64,000 bases of DNA from a virus: the IMG/VR virus record IMGVR_UViG_3300025138_000016; one strand, written 5' to 3'. Made by a program: the position numbers and the translations under genes. The notes beneath the pieces were generated by a model. It was not told the DNA's origin. It worked only from the letters and a program-made list of their open reading frames with translations, and did no database searches. The stretch's first letter is position 1; each line of letters starts with the position of its first letter. Below are positions 1-7,384 of the stretch, piece by piece.

Positions 1-735
1 ACCAAGATTAATACTGCTACCTCTTAATACTAAATCACCATTAACCGTTAAGGTATTAGATACTTCAATATTGTTAGCATATATTGTTGGTACATTAGCA
101 CTTGTACCTATTGTTAATACATCAATAGATGCATTAGCAGAGACAGTTAAGTTATCTAAACTATCTGTTGCTATAGTAGCTGTATAAGTTGAACCATCAG
201 CTCTTGTAAATAAAAGAGTATTGTTTGATGATGTAAATACAGAAGTTGTGGTAGACGTATTTGTTATCGATGCTGCTACTTGGACATCGTAGGTGGTGCT
301 GTCATCTCTGGTAAACGTAATAGTTTGGTTAGCAAACGCAAACGTAGCATTTGAGGTAGAGGTATTTGAAGAGCCGCCAGCATCAACATAAGCTTTGATA
401 GCTTCAGCTGAAACCAAGGTAGTTGAGTTAGCACCAGTTAACGTATTAGTTGATACAACACCGACATAAGCAACATTAACAACGCCTGAATCGGCTAATG
501 TCATACTGCTAGTCTTTATTGCATCAATATGCGTATTGGTATCAACAACAATTGCTTGGTTAGCTGTTAATGTTCCTGGAAAACGAGCTCCGGCAACAGC
601 TACGGATGTGCCATTTGTAAACCCACCAATGTATAAAATTCCACCATTGGCTGTAAATGCAGGTTCACCATATACTATGTTCGCGAACGAAGCAGTATTC
701 GTGGACCTTTTTATTCTTATTACAGTATTAGCCAT
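1..735 (-). CDS. Tail fibre-like structural protein, N-terminal part (runs off the window)
   Basis: Own translation from ATG at 735 (TAATG overlap with upstream stop): MANTVIRIKRSTNTASFANIVYGEPAF..., open to position 1; Thr/Ser/Asn/Ala-rich; IRIKRS...GEPA start is typical of phage fibre proteins. Confidence 0.75.
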   Translation of the reverse strand, partial: MANTVIRIKRSTNTASFANIVYGEPAFTANGGILYIGGFTNGTSVAVAGARFPGTLTANQAIVVDTNTHIDAIKTSSMTLADSGVVNVAYVGVVSTNTLTGANSTTLVSAEAIKAYVDAGGSSNTSTSNATFAFANQTITFTRDDSTTYDVQVAASITNTSTTTSVFTSSNNTLLFTRADGSTYTATIATDSLDNLTVSANASIDVLTIGTSANVPTIYANNIEVSNTLTVNGDLVLRGSSINLG

Positions 736-965
736 TATGCTACATCACCACCATCGATTATTAGTATAGTATCTAAAACACTTTTAGCAGAGAATACATT
801 AGAGCCACTATCATAAGTAAGTACTTCACCATCCTTCACAGAGTTAAAGTCAATAGTTAGACCTGTAACATCATTTACTGCTTGGGGTGAGGACTTTAAG
901 ACTTTTGTGACAATAGGTGTCGCAGAAGTTATGATTGTCGCTTTAAGATTACCTGACGAGACCAT
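735..965 (-). CDS. Small virion structural protein
   Basis: 76 aa, coupled on both sides; DGEVLTYDS and C-terminal IDGG motifs common in T4-like fibre-associated proteins. Confidence 0.6.
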   Translation of the reverse strand: MVSSGNLKATIITSATPIVTKVLKSSPQAVNDVTGLTIDFNSVKDGEVLTYDSGSNVFSAKSVLDTILIIDGGDVA

Positions 966-1300
966 TAATAACTGATCTCCGGTGTTACGGTTAAAGTACC
1001 TTGCAGTACTCTAGTAACCTCATTAGAGGCATTAGATACTTCGACATCATAGTTCCATCTTCCTGGTGCTATGTTGCCTGTGATTGTATTATTTGCGGAT
1101 AGAGTTAGAACTCCTCCTGTTGGATCTGATGTGGTATCACACGACATAGTATGATAAACATTAGATGACCAATGTTTTCTTATCTTACTATTACCTGAAT
1201 AACCAGTCAGATTAAAAGCTGTTCCATCGGAACCTGTAACAATTAGTGAAACACTAAAGTCAGAGCCTTTATCCATTACTAGATTTGCTTTAGTTGCCAT
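965..1300 (-). CDS. Small virion structural protein (baseplate/fibre adaptor-like)
   Basis: NLVMDKGSDF...GRWNYDVE...RVLQGTLTVTP pattern; GAGG RBS; late promoter upstream. Confidence 0.65.
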   Translation of the reverse strand: MATKANLVMDKGSDFSVSLIVTGSDGTAFNLTGYSGNSKIRKHWSSNVYHTMSCDTTSDPTGGVLTLSANNTITGNIAPGRWNYDVEVSNASNEVTRVLQGTLTVTPEISY

Positions 1301-1325
1301 TCTCTACCTCTTTATAATATAGAGA

Positions 1326-1332
1326 TATTTAG
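1326..1332 (-). promoter_or_regulatory. T4-type late promoter (CTAAATA)
   Basis: Intergenic TATAAATA-like box before a structural gene; the same (A/C)TAAATA box is at 3488, 7382, 27055, 32020(+), 32076, 40547, 48631, 58424, 59350(+). Confidence 0.6.
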
Positions 1333-1344
1333 GCTTTCTCGAAA

Positions 1345-2163
1345 TTAGTTGTCTTCTAATTCATCGATTAAGTCTTCCCATATGTCCTGATGGTTAACTA
1401 TTGTTGATAATGTAAACCTATTTGTACGAGCATGCGCAGCATGCCAGGAAGAATCTTCTGGATTATCCGACCATTTTACTATCGGATTATCCATACCTAT
1501 TTTCTCTCTATGTATTTTTTCTGGTGCTGTTGATATAAATTGTCCTGCTCTACAGCTCCAACCCTTTGCGTCAGGGTATTCTAAAATCTCACCATTATCA
1601 TAAGTAAAGAAGTCCCCTTCACCTATTTTGTTATAATGTAATAATATGTTATAACCTGGTGCATTTCCGTTATGATGCCAAGGTATAAATGTGCCAGGTG
1701 TATAAAAAGCACAAAGCGCCATTGCTCCACCACCTAGAAAGTCAGCTGATATATCATATACAGCTTGTTTAAGTTTTGTACCTAAGAAGAACTTAGGATT
1801 GTTATAGAATGTTTGTCCAGCTAAGAATGTTTCCGCATTAGGAAATCCGCTAGTAACATGTGAGCCATTTTCTTTGCGCATTAAATTCATCTGATACTGA
1901 AGGTATTCCATACCACATGGATCCATCTGTCCATCTTTAATATCATCTCTTGTATGACTTGGTAGTATATCAAAGTGAGGAGATACTTTATACGCTTCTT
2001 TACCTTCTTTCCTTCTCTGCTCAGGGTTACGATGATCAAAAGACAACTTATGTTCTCTATCTAAAAACTCTTTATCATCGAATACTTGATCAACAAGTCC
2101 AGATATATTATCTAATAGTTTAAGAAATTCTGGATTCTTAATCTTTACGTCACGCATTTTCAT
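1345..2163 (-). CDS. Putative 2OG-Fe(II) oxygenase/cupin-fold protein
   Basis: YTPGTFIPWHHN ... WHAAH ... RFTLS resembles a Hx(D/N)...H...R facial triad. Confidence 0.5.
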   Translation of the reverse strand: MKMRDVKIKNPEFLKLLDNISGLVDQVFDDKEFLDREHKLSFDHRNPEQRRKEGKEAYKVSPHFDILPSHTRDDIKDGQMDPCGMEYLQYQMNLMRKENGSHVTSGFPNAETFLAGQTFYNNPKFFLGTKLKQAVYDISADFLGGGAMALCAFYTPGTFIPWHHNGNAPGYNILLHYNKIGEGDFFTYDNGEILEYPDAKGWSCRAGQFISTAPEKIHREKIGMDNPIVKWSDNPEDSSWHAAHARTNRFTLSTIVNHQDIWEDLIDELEDN

Positions 2164-2169
2164 TATAAA

Positions 2170-3039
2170 TTATCCTTGCTCATGAGGAGCTCGTGCTTGT
2201 TCCTTTTCTTCTTGGGTTAACGTCTCCCATTCATCTTCAGCATCCTTATAATCTTCTGGTAAAGCTTTATGCATTAATTGACGATCTAATGGATGATGTT
2301 TTATTACTGGTGTACAGCCTGCCTCTTCTTCAGCATTTAGGTACATATTCCAATTCCATTTAGCCTGACCGAACTCAACAGCTGATACTTTTATACCTGG
2401 TGCGTCGAATTTCATTATATACCATAATGTAAATTGGTCCCAGCTTTTATTACCTATCCAATATTCAGGATGCTCGTCCCACCATTTTACTGAACAGTTT
2501 ATTTCTTTATATCGAGGCCACCAATTGTTAATAACATTATTAGCTGCTTCAGTATCATTCCATAAAAAGAATCCACCATGCCATATAAAGTTTCTTTCAG
2601 GGTCATCATCTCGTATACCAGCATTACCGTCTTCGGCATATATGGCTGTTGATGCTCCAACTCTTGTTGTTATCTTACAGAAAGCCATATCATGCTCATC
2701 ATCAAGTAGCTTCCATACATCCTGTATTTCAGGATCAACAATTTCCATATCAGCATCAAGATAGCATGTCTTTTTAAATGGTGAGAATGGTAGACCCCAT
2801 AGCTTTGTTCTTGTACTATGTGGCATACCTTGATCTTCAGTAATAATATCTACTACTTGATCGTACTCTCTAAACTCATCTGCCCATGTATTATGTGTTA
2901 CAATTAATACTTTACAGTCAGGATAGTACTCATCTAATGAGTCTAATAGAATAAGTGCGTTATTTTTATACCAGGGATGTAGCGTCGCTACTATAACAAA
3001 ACCTTTATCGTATGTCTTATTGACTGACATCGTAATCAC
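2170..3039 (-). CDS. GT-A fold glycosyltransferase
   Basis: SPFKKTCYLDAD (DxD), HGGFFLW and WDQFTLW motifs. Confidence 0.7.
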   Translation of the reverse strand: MITMSVNKTYDKGFVIVATLHPWYKNNALILLDSLDEYYPDCKVLIVTHNTWADEFREYDQVVDIITEDQGMPHSTRTKLWGLPFSPFKKTCYLDADMEIVDPEIQDVWKLLDDEHDMAFCKITTRVGASTAIYAEDGNAGIRDDDPERNFIWHGGFFLWNDTEAANNVINNWWPRYKEINCSVKWWDEHPEYWIGNKSWDQFTLWYIMKFDAPGIKVSAVEFGQAKWNWNMYLNAEEEAGCTPVIKHHPLDRQLMHKALPEDYKDAEDEWETLTQEEKEQARAPHEQG

Positions 3040-3433
3040 TCACAACTGCTGATGCATATACGTTTAATGCTTCAAACGTTTCTGCTTTACGAAGTCTTCG
3101 TTTTAGTTTTTTATTAGTAGAGGCTTTTATTTCTGGAAGTTCGTAAAGAGTTAATTTTGCTTGGAACAGTTGTTCTGCAAAAGCTCTCTTTTCGTTTTCC
3201 TGTTGTTCTTGCTCTTGAGTGTCGCGTTGGGTTCTGTACTCATCTATATCAGCTTGAGTTCTTGCATCGATCTCATCTAGAGTAGTTTCGCGTAAAGCAG
3301 CATCCCAATTTTCGGTATCTGCTCTGTCGATTATCATCTCACGACTTCCGGTGTCAGTTATTTCCCGACACCTTAGTCTTGTCTTTGTTTCTGGATCTTC
3401 CCACAAGATTTTTTTAAATCTTTTATCTGCCAT
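3017..3433 (-). CDS. Hypothetical protein, possibly a fibre assembly chaperone
   Basis: 138 aa, charged and helical, directly downstream of the repeat fibre genes. Confidence 0.55.
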   Translation of the reverse strand: MADKRFKKILWEDPETKTRLRCREITDTGSREMIIDRADTENWDAALRETTLDEIDARTQADIDEYRTQRDTQEQEQQENEKRAFAEQLFQAKLTLYELPEIKASTNKKLKRRLRKAETFEALNVYASAVVSDYDVSQ

Positions 3434-3468
3434 AATAATTGTTCCTTCAAAGTCACTTGTATATCAAG

Positions 3469-3498
3469 TATTATATATTACATTGTATATTTATGCAA
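3469..3498 (-). promoter_or_regulatory. Sigma70-type promoter with embedded late box
   Basis: Minus strand TTGCAT-N17-TATAAT; CATAAATA overlaps the -35 element. Confidence 0.5.
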
Positions 3499-6400
3499 CT
3501 CTCAGCCATAGTTTAACTGTGCTTTCTACACTAGTACTAGCCATAATAGTATCACCTGAGAACTGTCCTGTAAACTGATTACTAAATGTACTTGTATACT
3601 GAGGACCTGGAGTCGATCTAGAATAGGTTCCATCTGAATAACTTGGTCCACCAGTAGCTCTAGCATAGCCTATTGCAAAGTTTGGTCCAACTACTAGTCT
3701 AGCATACTGACCATCTGTGTAACCTGGTCCAGGAGTAGTTCTAGCGTAGCCTACTGCATAGTTAGGTCCTGGTCTACTTCTAGTATATTGACCGTCTGAG
3801 TAGCTAGGTCCTGGTGTAGTTCTAGCATAGTTAGTTGTATACTGTGGTCCTGGTGTTACTCTAGTATAGTTACCATCTGAGTAGCTAGGTCCAGGAGTAG
3901 TTCTAGCAAAGTTAACTACGTAGTTAGGTCCTACAATTAATCTTGTATATTGACCATCTGAGTAGTTAGGTCCAGGTGTTGATCTAGCATAACCTACTGC
4001 ATAGTTAGGACCTGGTCTGCTTCTTGTATACTGACCATCAGAGAATGTTACACCTGGTGTTGATCTTGTGTACTGTGCAGTAAATTGTCTTAAGAACGAT
4101 CTACCATAACCAGCAGAGTAAACTCTTACGAAGCCTCTAGCATATGCTCCTGTAAATTGTCTGTTGAATGCTCTTGAATAACCAGCTGAGAATTGTCTAG
4201 CAAATGCTCTTGAATACTGACCATAATAGGCTCTAGCAAACGCTCTACCATATCCTGCTGAATATACTCTAGTAAACTGTCTAGCATATTGACCAGCGTA
4301 TTGCCTAGCAAATGCTCTTCCATATCCTGCTGAGTAGACTCTAGTAAATTGTCTAGCATATGCACCGTTATAAACTCTTCCGAATGATCTTCCATATCCT
4401 GCTGAGTAGACTCTAGTAAATTGTCTAGCATATGCTGCTGAATATACTCTTCCGAACGATCTAGTATAACTAGCTGAATAAACTCTAGTAAATTGTCTAG
4501 CATATGCACCGTTATAAACTCTTCCGAATGATCTATTATAATTAGCTGAGTAAACTCTACCAAACGATCTTCCATAAGCGCCAGCATATACTCTGCCATA
4601 GTTAACAGCATAAGCTGGCCCAGGCCTGCTTCTACCATAGTTTACAGCATAAGCTGGTCCAGGTCTTGATCTAGCATAGTTAACAGTATAGTTAGGTCCT
4701 GGTCTACTTCTTGCGTAGTTGCCGGTATATACTCTACCATAGTTAACTGTATACTGTGCTGAATAAACTCTACCATAGTTTACTGTATAAGATCCGTAAT
4801 AGATTCTTCCAAAGGATCTTCCATAAGATACACCATAATTTGGTCCAGGTCTTGATCTACCGTAGTTACCAGCATATAGTCTACCGTAGTTAACTGCATA
4901 TGAACCTGAATAAGTTCTACCATAGTTACCGTAATAAACTCTACCATAGTTAACAGCATAGTTTGGTCCATTATATTGAATGCCAGGTAAAGGTCCCCTA
5001 GCATATTGAGGTCCAAAGAAGTTAGAGCCATCACCACCATTAATAGGTGAAGGTGATTGCCATGGATAGTTTCTTGAGAAAACTCCACCATAGTTAGTAC
5101 TTGGAAAAGAGTTATTAAACTGTCTTGTATAACTTACACCATAAGCTGGTCCAGGTCTTGCTCTGTTATAAGCCGGCCCGCCTCTTGATCTACCATATGA
5201 TACGCCGTAGTTTGGTCCGCCTCTTGATCTAGCATAGCTACCGTAATAAACTCTACCGTAGTTAACAACATAGTTTGAAGTATAATTTGGTCCAGGTCTT
5301 GATCTACCGTATGCTACACCATAAGCTGGTCCAGGTCTTGACCTACCATAACTTACACCATAAGCTGGTCCTGGTCTACTTCTTCCGTAGTTACCTGCAT
5401 ATACTCTTCCGAAAGCTCTTCCGTATGCTGCTGAATATACTCTACCGTAGTTAGTTGCATATGCACCATAGTATACTCTACCATAGTTAACAGCATAAGC
5501 TGGCCCAGGTCTGCTTCTTGCGTAGTTACCGTCTGAATAACCTGGTCCTGGTCTTGATCTAGCATAAGCTACATCATAGTTAGGACCTGGTCTACTTCTA
5601 GTATAGTTACCATCTGAGTAGTTAGGTCCAGGTGTTGATCTAGAATAGCCTACTGCATAGTTAGGTCCTGGTCTTGATCTGGCATAGTTACCATCACTAT
5701 AGTTAGGTCCTGGTCTGCTTCTTGCGTAGTTAACAGTATAGCTTGGTCCTGGTCTACTTCTAGTATAGTTACCATCTGAGTAGTTAGGTCCAGGTGTTGA
5801 TCTAGCATAGTTAACAGTATAGTTAGGTCCCGGTCTGCTTCTTGTATATTGGCCATCTGAGTAGTTAGGTCCAGGTGTTGATCTAGCATAGTTAACAGTA
5901 TAACTTGGACCTGGTCTAGTTCTTGAATACTGACCGTCTGAATAATTTGGTCCTGGTGTCGCTCTTGCATAACCTACTGTATAGTTAGGTCCTACAATTA
6001 GTCTAGAATAGTTACCATCTGAGTAATTAGGTCCAGGTGTTGATCTAGCGTAGTTAACAGTATAGTTAGGACCAGTAGTAGTTCTTGCATATTGACCATT
6101 AAATACTCTCTGGAATTGTCTTGCATATTGACCAGCATATTGTCTAGCAAACGCTCTAGTATATTGCGCTGAGAATACTCTAGTAAACTGTCTAGCATAT
6201 TGACCGTTAAATTGTCTCTGGAATGATCTTCCGTATCCTGCTGAGAATGATCTAGCGAACTGTCTAGCATATTCACCAGAAAATGATCTAGCAAATGATC
6301 TTCCATACCCTGCTGTAAATGATCTAGCAAACTGCCTAGCATATTGACCAGCAAATTGTCTAGCAAATGCTCTTGAATAGTCTGCTGTAAATGATCTATT

Positions 6401-7324
6401 AAATGCTCTGGCGTATTGACCAGTAAACTGTCTAGTAAATGATCTTGTATAGTCAGCTGTAAATGCTCTAGCAAATTGTCTAGAATACTGTGCTGAATAT
6501 ACTCTGGTAAACTGTCTTGAGAAGTTACCAGTAAATTGTTGTGAGTACTGCTGAGATTGAACATCAGATAAACTATTTTCTATAGCATTTGATACCTGTA
6601 ACCATGTTCCTGTTCCTGGGGCAGCAGTTTGTAGCTTATAAGTACCTACTCCAGTAGCTACTATTCTATTTCTTAATCTTTGTGTGAGAGTTTTAATCTC
6701 AGTATTATTCATCTCATTAACTGATGGTGTTGATGCATGTGCAGTTGCTTTCAAAGGTCTATATTCAGTTGGTGAAGTACCTGATGCAATCTTTCTCCAT
6801 AGTTTATATGTAGTTGCTGCTGATTCACCAGTAGCTACTGTATCAGTAAAGGTGCCTTTATCCTGCCATGTACCACCAGATGGAGGAGATACTCCTAAAA
6901 AGTATTGCCCTGTTGCGTAACTAGATGTATTTGCTATCTTTGCAATTAGGTGAGACATTACTGATGCATTTAAATCAGTGTCGTCTTGCTCTTCTATACC
7001 TTTGGATGCATCCCACTGAAGAGGTCTTACAAGACCGCTCTCTGAATGTGAAGCAATATTTTGATAAAGTGTAGTAGTAACAGAGTTAGTAGCTCCAGTA
7101 GCTGGATGTGTTCCTACTGTTTCTGTTCTTCTCGTATCAACAAAAGTACCCACTGATGTACCTGTTGAAAAGCTTATATCACCTGTGCCTGTGCCTGTAG
7201 CGAAATCAGCCAGTATGATATCTGCCATGTAATCCATTTCGGCACTAGACATGCTCTGTAAGCCAGAGAAATTGGTTGTATTCGGTGTACCCGAACTAGT
7301 TTTAATTCTTAAAGGATTTGCCAA
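3491..7324 (-). CDS. 1277-aa Arg/Tyr/Gly repeat protein, putative virion fibre with mirror-ordered modules
   Basis: TTG start with GGGAGA RBS and late box at 7382; about 260-aa base domain then xRx(F/Y)xxxY and xRSxPGPxY repeats; lies in the tail gene cluster. Confidence 0.85.
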   Translation of the reverse strand: MANPLRIKTSSGTPNTTNFSGLQSMSSAEMDYMADIILADFATGTGTGDISFSTGTSVGTFVDTRRTETVGTHPATGATNSVTTTLYQNIASHSESGLVRPLQWDASKGIEEQDDTDLNASVMSHLIAKIANTSSYATGQYFLGVSPPSGGTWQDKGTFTDTVATGESAATTYKLWRKIASGTSPTEYRPLKATAHASTPSVNEMNNTEIKTLTQRLRNRIVATGVGTYKLQTAAPGTGTWLQVSNAIENSLSDVQSQQYSQQFTGNFSRQFTRVYSAQYSRQFARAFTADYTRSFTRQFTGQYARAFNRSFTADYSRAFARQFAGQYARQFARSFTAGYGRSFARSFSGEYARQFARSFSAGYGRSFQRQFNGQYARQFTRVFSAQYTRAFARQYAGQYARQFQRVFNGQYARTTTGPNYTVNYARSTPGPNYSDGNYSRLIVGPNYTVGYARATPGPNYSDGQYSRTRPGPSYTVNYARSTPGPNYSDGQYTRSRPGPNYTVNYARSTPGPNYSDGNYTRSRPGPSYTVNYARSRPGPNYSDGNYARSRPGPNYAVGYSRSTPGPNYSDGNYTRSRPGPNYDVAYARSRPGPGYSDGNYARSRPGPAYAVNYGRVYYGAYATNYGRVYSAAYGRAFGRVYAGNYGRSRPGPAYGVSYGRSRPGPAYGVAYGRSRPGPNYTSNYVVNYGRVYYGSYARSRGGPNYGVSYGRSRGGPAYNRARPGPAYGVSYTRQFNNSFPSTNYGGVFSRNYPWQSPSPINGGDGSNFFGPQYARGPLPGIQYNGPNYAVNYGRVYYGNYGRTYSGSYAVNYGRLYAGNYGRSRPGPNYGVSYGRSFGRIYYGSYTVNYGRVYSAQYTVNYGRVYTGNYARSRPGPNYTVNYARSRPGPAYAVNYGRSRPGPAYAVNYGRVYAGAYGRSFGRVYSANYNRSFGRVYNGAYARQFTRVYSASYTRSFGRVYSAAYARQFTRVYSAGYGRSFGRVYNGAYARQFTRVYSAGYGRAFARQYAGQYARQFTRVYSAGYGRAFARAYYGQYSRAFARQFSAGYSRAFNRQFTGAYARGFVRVYSAGYGRSFLRQFTAQYTRSTPGVTFSDGQYTRSRPGPNYAVGYARSTPGPNYSDGQYTRLIVGPNYVVNFARTTPGPSYSDGNYTRVTPGPQYTTNYARTTPGPSYSDGQYTRSRPGPNYAVGYARTTPGPGYTDGQYARLVVGPNFAIGYARATGGPSYSDGTYSRSTPGPQYTSTFSNQFTGQFSGDTIMASTSVESTVKLWLRVA
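3560..6550 (-). repeat. Coding tandem repeats of 8-aa (A), 9-aa (B) and 4/5-aa linker modules
   Basis: Many near-identical copies such as TAGTTAGGTCCAGGTGTTGATCTAGCATAG and ACTCTAGTAAATTGTCTAGCATA; boundaries approximate. Confidence 0.9.
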
Positions 7325-7384
7325 GGATCAATTCTCCCGAATGGACAGTATAACTGCAGTGTTATTGAAATTCTATGTGTTTAT

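Noticed and set aside
3560-6550. CRISPR array, DNA palindrome or DGR target
   Set aside because: Repeats are in-frame and degenerate at third positions with no unique spacers; the mirror symmetry is in protein modules, not a DNA inverted repeat; no reverse transcriptase or template/variable repeat pair is visible
4126-6564. Alternative-frame ORFs inside the repeat gene (also 7396-9075)
   Set aside because: Shadow frames kept open by the repetitive codons; no RBS or independent features
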